DNA from: Candidatus Micrarchaeia archaeon
GTDB lineage: Archaea > Micrarchaeota > Micrarchaeia > CAILAH01
NCBI GenBank assembly: GCA_038740245.1
Contig: JAVYLZ010000004.1
Coordinates: forward strand, 1-39,946
DNA: 39,946 nucleotides
Reading direction: 5' to 3'
Positions 23,982-32,781 of the stretch are shown here, in pieces. The translations under genes were made by a program, and so were the position numbers. The notes below the pieces were generated by a model, which was not told the origin of the DNA, searched no databases, and saw only the letters and a program-made list of their open reading frames with translations. Positions within the stretch are counted from its first letter, which is position 1, and every line of letters starts with the position of its first letter.

Positions 23982-24959
23982 ATGGCCGAGATGAACATGA
24001 TTCAGGCGATAAACGCATGCCTCGCACAGGAGATGGAGCGCAACAAAAACATAGTGGTATTCGGAGAGGATGTGGGCAAAAACGGCGGCGTGTTCAGGGT
24101 TACTGACGGGCTTCAGGCAAAATTCGGCGAGAAGCGTGTGTTTGACACGCCGCTTGCAGAATCCGGCATCATAGGGACTGCGGTTGGCATGGCATATGCG
24201 GGGCTAAGGCCGGTTCCAGAAATACAGTTTGACGGGTTCACGTTTCTTGCGTACAACCAGATAAATGCGCACGCGGCGCGCATAAGGAACCGCACGCGCG
24301 GCAGGTTTTCAATGCCTATTGTTGTAAGGATACCTTACGGCGGGGGAATACGTGCGCTTGAGCTGCATGCCGAGCCGGTTGAGGGGATGTACGCAAACAT
24401 CCCAGGCATAACCATTGTGATTCCTTCCGGCCCGTATGAGGCAAAAGGCCTGCTCGCATCTGCGCTTGAGCATAACGACCCTGTGCTGTTCCTTGAGCAC
24501 AAGCGCCTCTACAGGGCTTTCAAAGAGGATGTGCCTGAGGAAAGATATACTATACCCATCGGCAGGTGCAGGGTTGCACGCGAAGGCAAGGATGTGACAC
24601 TTGTGGCATGGGGTGCAATGGTAAAGGTATGCGAATCTGCTGCCGCACAGCTTGAGCGCGAGGGCATATCCGCTGAGATTGTTGATGTTAGGACAATCAA
24701 GCCGCTTGACCACTGGACAATAGTTGATTCCGTAAGGAAAACCGGGCGCCTTGTGATTGTGCAGGAGGCTATGCGCGGGTTCAGTGCGGCCTCTGAAGTG
24801 GTTGCACGCACATGTGAAAATGCACTCACTTACCTTAGAGCGCCAATCCGGAGGGTTGCTGCGCCTGATGTCCCAGTACCGCTTCCAAAACTAGAGGAAT
24901 ATTTCCTGCCAAATGAGGAGAAGGTAATTGCCGCGGTGCGGGAAGTTACTGAGTATTGA
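23982..24959 (+). CDS. 2-oxoacid dehydrogenase E1 component, beta subunit
   Basis: Starts at Met132 of the tracked ORF (MAEMNMIQAINACLAQEMERNKNIVVFGEDVGKNGGVFRVTDGL...FDTPLAESGIIG.A.G.A..G.RPV.EIQF), 4 nt after the E1alpha stop. The upstream 131 aa of the tracked ORF overlap E1alpha out of frame and are rejected. Confidence 0.92.
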   Translation: MAEMNMIQAINACLAQEMERNKNIVVFGEDVGKNGGVFRVTDGLQAKFGEKRVFDTPLAESGIIGTAVGMAYAGLRPVPEIQFDGFTFLAYNQINAHAARIRNRTRGRFSMPIVVRIPYGGGIRALELHAEPVEGMYANIPGITIVIPSGPYEAKGLLASALEHNDPVLFLEHKRLYRAFKEDVPEERYTIPIGRCRVAREGKDVTLVAWGAMVKVCESAAAQLEREGISAEIVDVRTIKPLDHWTIVDSVRKTGRLVIVQEAMRGFSAASEVVARTCENALTYLRAPIRRVAAPDVPVPLPKLEEYFLPNEEKVIAAVREVTEY

Positions 24960-24960
24960 T

Positions 24961-25467
24961 ATGGGTGATCTTACGGGAAAAGGACGTCTTACGCAATCTG
25001 CACGTGCAGGCCTTGGCTTTGGCATAACTTCTGGTGTGATAACCACGCTTGGCCTTGTGGTTGGGCTTGACTTCAGCACCGGCTCGCGGCTTGCGGTCAT
25101 AGGGGGCATTATAACGATTGCAATTGCAGATGCATTCTCAGATGCGCTCGGCATGCACATCTCGCGTGAATCCGACCGCCAGTCAACGCAGAGAGGCGTG
25201 TGGGAATCAACATTTTCAACGTTTCTTGCCAAGTTTATCGTTGCGCTCATATTTGCACTGCCCGTGGTTATGCTGCCGCTCCAGCAGGCGGTGTGGGTAT
25301 GTGTTGCCATCGGCATACTGCTGCTCTCAAGCTTCAGCTATTACATCGCCGTGAGAAATGGTGAAAACCCGCTATCAGTTGTGGCAGAACACCTTACAAT
25401 TGCGGTGCTTGTGCTTATTATTTCTGCACTTGTTGGCAGCTACGTGAGCTCAACCTTTGGCTCATAA
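24961..25467 (+). CDS. small VIT1/CCC1-like (DUF125-type) membrane protein
   Basis: 168 aa. ATG lies 1 nt after the E1beta stop. GLGFGITSGVITTLGLVVGL...IGGIITIAIADAFSDALGMHISRES..., then further TM helices. It resembles the short archaeal members of the VIT family. Recognition by eye. Confidence 0.6.
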   Translation: MGDLTGKGRLTQSARAGLGFGITSGVITTLGLVVGLDFSTGSRLAVIGGIITIAIADAFSDALGMHISRESDRQSTQRGVWESTFSTFLAKFIVALIFALPVVMLPLQQAVWVCVAIGILLLSSFSYYIAVRNGENPLSVVAEHLTIAVLVLIISALVGSYVSSTFGS

Positions 25468-25503
25468 AAATTGCTTTTTATTTGTTGGGGGTGAAGTCCA
25501 AGC

Positions 25504-26931
25504 ATGGCATACGAGTTCAGGCTGCCGGACCTCGGGGAGGGTATGGCCGAGGCCACCATTGTAAAATGGCTTGTCAAGCCCGGCGATAAGGTGCGGAAGG
25601 ACCAGCCGATAGTGCAGGTTGAGACGGACAAGGCAATTGTTGAGATACCTTCGCCTTATGAGGGCACGGTCCTCTCCCTTAAATTCAAGGAAGGCGATGT
25701 CGCAAAGGTGGGGAGTGTCCTGCTGACTGTAGGGAGTGGTGAATTGCAGCCCGCTGAGCAGCCGGAACATAAGGAAGGGGTTGCAGCTGTGGAAGTGCAC
25801 GCACCAGTAGCATCACCGCGCATGCGCAAGCTTGCAAGGGAGCTTGGCGTGGATATTGCAGCTGTTAAGGGAAGCGGTGTGCACGGCGCCATAACAGAAG
25901 ATGATGTGCGTGCAGCTGCAATGCAAAAGCGAGCTGTTATCAAAGAAATAGGAAGGGTTGGTGAGGTGCGTGTTGTTGAGCGCGGCGGTGCTGCGCCACG
26001 CGTCGTGCGTGCAGTGCCAAAGGCGCGTGAGCTGGCAAAATCGCTCGGCATTGACATATCATCTGTAGTCGGCACAGGGCCAGACGGCATAATAACTGTG
26101 GGTGATGTTGAAAGGCATGCACAGGCCGCTGAAAGGATTGTTGAGGTTGGCAAGCTATCAAAAAGCGAAGCGCCTGAAACTGCCCTTGAGAAAATCAGGC
26201 ACCCGCTTAAGGAAGAGGGCGGCAAGCTTATTGAGGAACGCGTGCCTGTGAAAGGCGTGCGCAAGGCAATCATAAGCAAGCTTACAAAATCAAACACGCT
26301 TGCGGTGCAGGCGACCGCGCACGAGGAAATTGATGTGACGAAGCTGGTTGAGCTGCGGGCAAAGCAAAAACAGGAAGCGCAGCGCAGGGGCATAAAGCTA
26401 ACATACCTGCCATTTATCATTAAGGCGTGCGTGATTGGACTTAAGCGAAACCCGTGGCTGAATGCATCTTTTGACGATGAAAACAATGAATTTGTGCTTA
26501 AGAAATACTACAATATTGGCATTGCAGTGAACACGGATGACGGGCTTATTGTCCCGGTTGTAAAGGATGTGAACCTGAAGAGCATACTGGACATAGCAAG
26601 GGAGATTGAACAGCTCGCACAGAGGGCGCGTGAGCGCAAGCTTACGCTTGATGAGCTAAGCGGGGGAACATTCACTATAAGCAACTGGGGCTCAATAGGG
26701 GGCACATTTGGCACACCGGTCCTCAATTACCCGGAGTGCGCTATCCTTGGCACAGGCAGGATTTACAAAAAGCCGGTTGTTGTGGGGGACAAGATTGAGG
26801 TGCGCTGGGTAATGCCCGTTTCGCTTACGTTTGACCACAGGATAGTTGATGGAGCGCAGGCCGCCGCTTTCCTCATGGACATTAAGAGGCATCTTGAGGA
26901 CCCGTCGCTGCTTTTGGTTGAAATAGTATGA
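25504..26931 (+). CDS. 2-oxoacid dehydrogenase E2 component (dihydrolipoamide acyltransferase)
   Basis: N-terminal lipoyl domain with VETDKA lipoyl-lysine. Two subunit-binding-domain-like segments (ASPRMRKLARELGVDIAAVKGSGVHGAITEDDV; AVPKARELAKSLGIDISSVVGTGPDGIITVGDV). C-terminal catalytic domain with DHRIVDG. Confidence 0.92.
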   Translation: MAYEFRLPDLGEGMAEATIVKWLVKPGDKVRKDQPIVQVETDKAIVEIPSPYEGTVLSLKFKEGDVAKVGSVLLTVGSGELQPAEQPEHKEGVAAVEVHAPVASPRMRKLARELGVDIAAVKGSGVHGAITEDDVRAAAMQKRAVIKEIGRVGEVRVVERGGAAPRVVRAVPKARELAKSLGIDISSVVGTGPDGIITVGDVERHAQAAERIVEVGKLSKSEAPETALEKIRHPLKEEGGKLIEERVPVKGVRKAIISKLTKSNTLAVQATAHEEIDVTKLVELRAKQKQEAQRRGIKLTYLPFIIKACVIGLKRNPWLNASFDDENNEFVLKKYYNIGIAVNTDDGLIVPVVKDVNLKSILDIAREIEQLAQRARERKLTLDELSGGTFTISNWGSIGGTFGTPVLNYPECAILGTGRIYKKPVVVGDKIEVRWVMPVSLTFDHRIVDGAQAAAFLMDIKRHLEDPSLLLVEIV

Positions 26932-26934
26932 AAA

Positions 26935-27732
26935 TTAGGCGAACATCGCCGCAATTGACGCCTGTGCCGAGCTGGCCGATGCGACAAGCACTGCTACCCA
27001 TCCCGCCAAAAATGCGAGGTAAACAAGGGCGGCTGCAATTAAGCCTAGCACAATGCCAATAAGCATATTCAAGATTATTGCCGCAATGGCGCGCTTCTGG
27101 GATAGCCCGTGCACCTCGCGCAGGCCTAGATAAAGCAGGTAAAGCGAGTAAAACAAAAGTGCATAGTTGACTATCCCTAGGCACATCCCGATTACGAGCG
27201 CAGTAAGCACCTGAAGCGGCAGGAACACCGCTATGTTTGCGCCTGCAGAGCACACGAAGAGGTTTGTGGTTTCACGCAATGTGCCCCTGCCGCCAACTAT
27301 TTTTGCAGAGAGGTGCAAAATCCCAGCACCTATCGCGAGCAATATTGGGGGTATTGCCACTGCAAGTATTGCCAGCAGCAGTATTGTGCCAAGCAGGACT
27401 GCAACCGTTGCGAGCGGTGAGGTCATAAGCCCTATGAAGAAAACCAAAAGGCCGCCAATCCCAAGCCAATACCCGTACAGCGGTATCAGGTACCATATTG
27501 AGAGCAAAGTTATGAGCAGGTTCAGGTAGTAGGCTACATAATATTCTTTGATCAGCTCCTTGTACTCAAATCCTTCGCCGAGTGCCTTTTTTATGTCCAT
27601 CCTTGCAAAATCAAGCCATCTCCCTATCTTAGGGTATGGTATTTTTGAGAGTATACGCTCCGAAAAGGAGAGATACTGCATAAGCAGCGACTCAAGATCA
27701 TTCTTAGGGTTTTCCTTCTTCTCGTCCGCCAT
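26935..27732 (-). CDS. multi-pass membrane protein (possibly Yip1-domain-like)
   Basis: 265 aa. A ~60-aa charged N-terminus followed by about five or six hydrophobic helices. The family assignment is tentative. Confidence 0.45.
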   Translation of the reverse strand: MADEKKENPKNDLESLLMQYLSFSERILSKIPYPKIGRWLDFARMDIKKALGEGFEYKELIKEYYVAYYLNLLITLLSIWYLIPLYGYWLGIGGLLVFFIGLMTSPLATVAVLLGTILLLAILAVAIPPILLAIGAGILHLSAKIVGGRGTLRETTNLFVCSAGANIAVFLPLQVLTALVIGMCLGIVNYALLFYSLYLLYLGLREVHGLSQKRAIAAIILNMLIGIVLGLIAAALVYLAFLAGWVAVLVASASSAQASIAAMFA

Positions 27733-27752
27733 GAGCTCATTATAATTAGAAA

Positions 27753-27760
27753 TTATATAA
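27753..27760. promoter_or_regulatory. palindromic TATA box in the 51-bp divergent spacer between the membrane-protein gene and E3
   Basis: 'ttatataa' equals its own reverse complement. Its centre lies 24.5 nt from the minus-strand ATG (27732) and 27.5 nt from the E3 ATG (27784). It sits within a larger inverted repeat tataatt-agaa-aattata (27741-27758). Confidence 0.5.
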
Positions 27761-27783
27761 TAGTTTCAATGGAAGGTTGATTT

Positions 27784-29193
27784 ATGGTTATGGGCGAGGT
27801 TGGCAGGGAGTACGACTTGGTTGTGCTTGGCGGCGGGCCGGCAGGATATATTGCAGCCATAAGGGCCGGCGAGCTCGGCCTGGATGTTGCGCTTATTGAG
27901 AAGGCATTTCTGGGCGGTGTGTGCCTCAATGCTGGGTGCATCCCTTCAAAAATGCTGCTAAATGCGTCCCACCTTGTATCTGAGACCAAATACCTTACAT
28001 CCATTGGGATAAGCGCCAAGGTTGGGAAGGTGGATATGAAAACTCTCAGCAGGGAGTGCCAGCGCACAGTTGCAAAACTGCGCGGGGGCATTGCACAGCT
28101 GCTTCAGGCGAACGGCGTTGAAGTGATTGAAGGGATTGGCAGGTTTGAGTCCTCAGGGCATATGCACATAAAGGAAGGCAAAAATGCACGCTCAATACGG
28201 TTCAGAAAAGCCATAATTGCGACGGGATCGCGCCCTTATGTGCCGGATGGCATTCGGATCGGAGGGAATATTATCACTTCAAGTGAAGCGCTGTTTCTTG
28301 AAGAGCTGCCAAAAAGCGTGGCAATAATCGGTGCAGGGTATATTGCAGCTGAATTGGGCACGTTTTTCGCTGAGATGGGCTCAAAGGTCAGCATACTGGC
28401 CCGCTCGCGCCTTTTATCAAAAATGGACCAGGACCTTGTGCAGGAAGTGTGCAGGCAAGAAAACATTTCAATTTATGAGGGGTGCACTGTAAAATCCGTG
28501 CGTGACGGCAAGGTGGCAAAGGTGGCGTTTGCAAGTGAAAATGTGCAAAGGGAGGTTAGTGCTGAGAAGGTGATTGTTGCAATAGGGCGCACCCCAAATA
28601 CAAGCAACATCGGGCTTGAGAATACTCGGGTTGCTCTTGATAAAGATGGGTTCGTGCAGGCGGATTACAGGGGTGCAACTAGTGACCCGAAACTATTTGC
28701 AGCTGGTGATGTTGCAGGCCCGCCACTGCTTGCGCATAAGGCGTTTATGCAAGGGGAAGCAGCGGCCGAGGCCGCTGCAGGGGTTGCCGGTGCCGGCTTC
28801 CAGCCCAAAGCCATCCCGGAAGTGGTTTTTACGAACCCTGAGATCGTATGTGTTGGCGTGTCAGAAGAAGAGGCAAAAAAGAAGATGCTTGATGTGCGTG
28901 TTGCACGGCTACCTCTTTCGGCAGTTGGCAAGGCGGTTTCAACAAATGCGCAAAAAGGGTTCTGCAAGATTGTGCACTCACCACAGGGCCTTATTCTCGG
29001 GGTGCATATGGTAGGCAAGGGCGTTTCCGAGCTTGCGGCAGGTGCGTGCCTTGCAGTTGAGATGGGGGCATACATTGATGATGTGGCAGGCACTGTGCAT
29101 CCGCACCCAACGCTTAGCGAATGCCTGCACGAATGCGCACAGCTCGCCCTTGGCAGGCCGTGGCATTATGCAGTTGGCAAAATGAAAAAGTAA
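27784..29193 (+). CDS. lpdA: dihydrolipoamide dehydrogenase (E3)
   Basis: FAD-binding GGGPAGY, redox-active disulfide GGVCLNAGCIPSK, NAD-binding GAGYIAAE, C-terminal HPHPTLSE interface motif. 469 aa. Confidence 0.93.
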   Translation: MVMGEVGREYDLVVLGGGPAGYIAAIRAGELGLDVALIEKAFLGGVCLNAGCIPSKMLLNASHLVSETKYLTSIGISAKVGKVDMKTLSRECQRTVAKLRGGIAQLLQANGVEVIEGIGRFESSGHMHIKEGKNARSIRFRKAIIATGSRPYVPDGIRIGGNIITSSEALFLEELPKSVAIIGAGYIAAELGTFFAEMGSKVSILARSRLLSKMDQDLVQEVCRQENISIYEGCTVKSVRDGKVAKVAFASENVQREVSAEKVIVAIGRTPNTSNIGLENTRVALDKDGFVQADYRGATSDPKLFAAGDVAGPPLLAHKAFMQGEAAAEAAAGVAGAGFQPKAIPEVVFTNPEIVCVGVSEEEAKKKMLDVRVARLPLSAVGKAVSTNAQKGFCKIVHSPQGLILGVHMVGKGVSELAAGACLAVEMGAYIDDVAGTVHPHPTLSECLHECAQLALGRPWHYAVGKMKK

Positions 29194-29255
29194 GATTACT
29201 TGCAGCAACAATCACGTTCTGCGTTAGCCCGAGCCATTGCCGGCTATACCGTCCC

Positions 29256-30005
29256 CTATCTCCAAAAAGTCCACTCGCTTGATGCGTATTTGTTCCTTGA
29301 AAGGCGTGCTGCGTCTGCAAGCTCGGTCTCAGTAAAATCACCAAGGTCCCAGCTCTTATCCTGTGCAAAGCCATCAAGAAGCGCGTGGTATGCCTTATCA
29401 AAGGTGAGCTTCGGATTTTCACGCAATATGCACGTCACGCGGTCCTCAGGCGATTTTATGCTCTTATCCCTCAATTTCTCCGCGGATACTTTAAGCGAGC
29501 TGAACATTGCATTAAGGTCAAGGCGGTAAAGGATGGTGCCGTGCTGCAGCAGCACGCCTTTCCGGCGGGTTTGCGCGTTGCCTGATATTTTCCTGCCATG
29601 GACACAGATGTCATTTATCGGCCGGAATTCTGCGGTTATGCCGAGTTTTTCAAGGCCGCGGATTATCCCTGCGCATACCTCCCTGTACGAATCAACTATG
29701 CCCGCCGGAAATATCTCCTGCGGGGCGATAACGCTGTATGTTATCTCGCCGTCCTGCTGATGGAACACTGCGCCGCCACCCGTCTGCCTCCGCACAATGT
29801 CTATTCCGTTTCTGCGGCAATAGGCAGTGTCAACCTCATGCTCCAGCGATTGAAAATACCCTATGCTCACAGCTGACGGCGACCACCCGTAAAAGCGTAT
29901 TGTTGGCGGGGAAGTGCCGTCAGCTACTGCATTCAGAACCGCCTCGTCAAGGGCCATATTCATATGCGCACTGTTAAGCGAAAAAGGTATTACCCGCCAA
30001 TCCAC
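29256..30005 (-). CDS. lplA: lipoate-protein ligase A, catalytic (N-terminal) subunit
   Basis: BPL/LPL catalytic-domain pattern: ...PTIRFYGW.P.AVSIGYFQ...E......C...GI.IVRR.TGGGAVFH...GEITYS....GRKISGNAQ.R....LLQHGTILY. It lacks the C-terminal accessory domain, which the upstream gene encodes. Confidence 0.9.
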   Translation of the reverse strand: MDWRVIPFSLNSAHMNMALDEAVLNAVADGTSPPTIRFYGWSPSAVSIGYFQSLEHEVDTAYCRRNGIDIVRRQTGGGAVFHQQDGEITYSVIAPQEIFPAGIVDSYREVCAGIIRGLEKLGITAEFRPINDICVHGRKISGNAQTRRKGVLLQHGTILYRLDLNAMFSSLKVSAEKLRDKSIKSPEDRVTCILRENPKLTFDKAYHALLDGFAQDKSWDLGDFTETELADAARLSRNKYASSEWTFWR

Positions 30006-30009
30006 ACAA

Positions 30010-30291
30010 TCACCTTTTGCTCATATTATAGGCCTCAACAAGCATTTCATAAATGTCCTGTGCAGAGAAGCCGATGCATTGCGCCCCTCTTTGCGCGCAG
30101 GCCTTTTCTATGCGCTCCCTAAGAGAGCTTATGTGCGTACCAACAAGTGAAGATTCAATCGTCAGCAAATGCTCCTCAGGATGTATAAAGAAATCCCCTG
30201 TTATGCGCAAGGATGCAAGTGTATCCCCGTTAAACTCTGCGGATATGCGCACGAGCTTGCCGCCGCTTACCTTCCTCTCAACAACTGCCAT
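30010..30291 (-). CDS. lplB: lipoate-protein ligase accessory subunit (LplA C-terminal-domain protein, LplB-type)
   Basis: 93 aa. ...GGKLVRISAEFNGDTLASLRITGDFFIHPEE matches the lipoate-protein-ligase C-terminal domain. Stop lies 4 nt before the lplA ATG. Thermoplasma acidophilum has the same split arrangement. Confidence 0.75.
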   Translation of the reverse strand: MAVVERKVSGGKLVRISAEFNGDTLASLRITGDFFIHPEEHLLTIESSLVGTHISSLRERIEKACAQRGAQCIGFSAQDIYEMLVEAYNMSKR

Positions 30292-30332
30292 GCAATATCA
30301 GCCCGCCTGTTTTTGCACCTACACACCCATTG

Positions 30333-30716
30333 CTATTTATGCAGCCGCTTCTTTATGCCCCTTTCGCATACCGCTTTAAGCGAGCTGAGGACGACCATCA
30401 CACAGCCGACACGGCCAGCAGATGGGGTAAACCCAAGCACGTGCGTAAGCCCATCATAATCCAATGCGCATAGCCTTGAAAGTTTCTTGCCTATGGCATA
30501 GCCACAAAGCGCCTCTGCAGCGGCAACAGACAATGCACAGCCGTGCCCCTCATGCTTCGCATCAATTACAGTGCCGTGCCGGTCCACAGCCAAATGCAGC
30601 GAAATATTATCCCCGCATGATACGTTTGCAGCACTGCCGTGTAGCCCACCTGTGATTTTTCCCCTGTGCCGCGGGTGCTTATATGCCTCAACTAACTGGT
30701 CGTAATCAAAGGCCAT
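30333..30716 (-). CDS. sufU: SufU/IscU-like Fe-S cluster assembly scaffold/sulfur-transfer protein
   Basis: Start at Met37 of the tracked ORF (MAFDYDQLVEAYKHPRHRGKI...), 1 nt after the sufS stop. Conserved Cys in CGDNISL, GHGCALS and SAGRVGC. Confidence 0.85.
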   Translation of the reverse strand: MAFDYDQLVEAYKHPRHRGKITGGLHGSAANVSCGDNISLHLAVDRHGTVIDAKHEGHGCALSVAAAEALCGYAIGKKLSRLCALDYDGLTHVLGFTPSAGRVGCVMVVLSSLKAVCERGIKKRLHK

Positions 30717-30717
30717 T

Positions 30718-31908
30718 TTATACACCAAAAACCCTGCGCACACGTGCAATGCCTTCAAACAGCGCATCAACGTCCTCTTTTGTGTTATAGACGTAGAAGC
30801 TTGCACGCGCAGTATGCTCAACACCTAGGCGTTTGTGCAGAGGCTGTGCGCAATGGTGCCCTGCACGTATGCACACATTCACGCTGTCAAGCAAAGCGGA
30901 GATATCATGAGGATGCACACCAGGAATTGCAAATGTTAATATTCCAACTGATGATTTCGGATCTGTATTTGAATAAATGCGCATGCAATCATATTCATGA
31001 GCGCGCTTAAGTGCATATTTCAGCAGCATGCGGCTGGTTGAGGATATGCGCTGACGGCCAATCATTTTGAGGTAATCGAGAGAGGCACCAAATCCGATTA
31101 CTCCTGCAATGTTTGGTGTGCCCGCCTCAAACTTCTGGGGGACCTCAGCTGTAGTGAATGATTGCTCGCTGACTGAACGTATCATACCGCCGCCACCAAA
31201 GAATGGCGGGAGTGACTCAAGCGCCCCTTCCCTGCCTATCAGCAGGCCGACACCTGTCGGCCCGAGCATTTTGTGTGCTGAGAGCGCAACATAATCGGCA
31301 CCCATTGACCTGAAATTTATGCGCTCGTGCGGCGCGCTTTGCGCACAGTCCGCAATTACAGTTGCGCCTGCATCGTGCGCCACCCTAGCAAGATACCTGG
31401 AATTATTTATGGTACCAAGAACATTTGAAGCATGGACAAAGGAAAGCACTTTGGGCCTGAGGGTTGAAACCATCTCCTCAAAAGCAGGATAGTCAAGCTG
31501 CGTGCCCGCCAGCGGGATATACTCAACACGTATGCCCCTCCTCTCCTTAAGCATGAGCCAGGGGACTATGTTGCTGTGGTGCTCCATTGCAGTAAGCAAA
31601 ACCGTATCACCGCGCCTGAGCTGGAGCGCATTGGCAAGCTGGTTGAGCGATTCGGTGGTATTCCTCGTAAAAATTACTTCTGCGGGCTTGCAGCCAAACC
31701 ATTTGGCGGCTTTATCGCGCGTGCGCTCGTACATCTCGGTGGCGCGCTCGCTTATCCTGTAGATGCCTCTGTGGGTATTGGCGCAATACTCAAGGTAATA
31801 CTCATTCATCTGGGAGAGTACCTGCCGCGGCTTGAGCGATGTTGCCGCATTATCAAGGTAATGGAGCTTCCGGATAAGCGGGAAATCCTCTTTGAAATTG
31901 CATTTCAT
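30718..31908 (-). CDS. sufS: cysteine desulfurase SufS (class II aminotransferase V)
   Basis: PLP-lysine motif SAHKMLGPTGVG, active-site RAGHHCAQP, N-terminal YLDNAATS. 396 aa. Confidence 0.93.
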   Translation of the reverse strand: MKCNFKEDFPLIRKLHYLDNAATSLKPRQVLSQMNEYYLEYCANTHRGIYRISERATEMYERTRDKAAKWFGCKPAEVIFTRNTTESLNQLANALQLRRGDTVLLTAMEHHSNIVPWLMLKERRGIRVEYIPLAGTQLDYPAFEEMVSTLRPKVLSFVHASNVLGTINNSRYLARVAHDAGATVIADCAQSAPHERINFRSMGADYVALSAHKMLGPTGVGLLIGREGALESLPPFFGGGGMIRSVSEQSFTTAEVPQKFEAGTPNIAGVIGFGASLDYLKMIGRQRISSTSRMLLKYALKRAHEYDCMRIYSNTDPKSSVGILTFAIPGVHPHDISALLDSVNVCIRAGHHCAQPLHKRLGVEHTARASFYVYNTKEDVDALFEGIARVRRVFGV

Positions 31909-32781
31909 TTAAGCACCTCCTTTGCATGCACGCGTGCCGCCACCATCCCAATCAACCTTCACCTTATGCCCTGGCAGCACGCTGCTTATTGCGTTTGACA
32001 TCCTGTTTATCATGAATTCAACCCCACCGCGTTCAATGAGCGAACACGCTTCCTTCTCAGCAATGCACCTGCTTGCCATATAATATACAGTCTCGGGGCT
32101 TATATTGGTCACCGAAACGCCGTGGGAAGTGCGTACGTCCCGGCTGTGCACATTAAGTACAGGCAGTGCACTTACAGCTGAGCCAGGATACGCAATGAAC
32201 TTGCCGTGCAGCGATGACTCAATATCACGGATGCTTTCTGGCACTGTGAGCGAGCCGTTGAACTCCACCGAGCAGGCCGGCTTGGCAATGCCTGAGCAAA
32301 GCACTGAATTAACTGAATTGCTGCCATTGTGCAGCACACCAGCTGAAACGGAATGCCGGGCCTTGGCTGGGAGGGAAAGAATGTTAACATGTGAAGTGCA
32401 ATTGCGTGCGCATTTCAAGCCAATACAGGCTTTTGTGTGTAGCCCTTGTAATATTGTATTAAGTGCCACTACGGAGCCGTTTCCGCACAAGCCATTGACT
32501 GATACTTCCGACTTCTTTGCGCGGCCCCTGAAATTTAGTGTCTGGGCGCAGCGTGAGCCCTCACCGAGCGCAAAGTTGATGCGGACCATGTGCGCCCGCT
32601 CGCATGAATCACCAATAACTGAAAATGAAAGTGAGGAGCGTTTGCCGAGCGAAACAGAAACCGTGCCCGAGCCAAGTATGCGTGCTGCAACAGATGCCTG
32701 CTTGCCGCCGGGCACGGATATGTCAATTGAGTCCGGCCGGACACGCGCAAACCGCGCATCGCCGAAAACGTATCCCATCAT
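31909..32781 (-). CDS. sufD: Fe-S cluster assembly protein SufD (short form)
   Basis: Sits between sufC and sufS, with a 4-nt overlap to sufC. Beta-helix-like repetitive sequence with C-terminal ...SRDVRTSHGVSVTNISPETVYYMASRCIAEKEACSLI typical of the SufB/SufD family. At 290 aa it is shorter than bacterial SufD. Confidence 0.75.
   Translation of the reverse strand: MMGYVFGDARFARVRPDSIDISVPGGKQASVAARILGSGTVSVSLGKRSSLSFSVIGDSCERAHMVRINFALGEGSRCAQTLNFRGRAKKSEVSVNGLCGNGSVVALNTILQGLHTKACIGLKCARNCTSHVNILSLPAKARHSVSAGVLHNGSNSVNSVLCSGIAKPACSVEFNGSLTVPESIRDIESSLHGKFIAYPGSAVSALPVLNVHSRDVRTSHGVSVTNISPETVYYMASRCIAEKEACSLIERGGVEFMINRMSNAISSVLPGHKVKVDWDGGGTRACKGGA

Noticed and set aside
25656-26486. 276-aa minus-strand ORF opposite the E2 gene.
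   Set aside because: It is antisense to a gene with unmistakable lipoyl, PSBD and catalytic motifs. Its translation is Ser/Thr/Ala/Pro-rich low complexity with no motifs.
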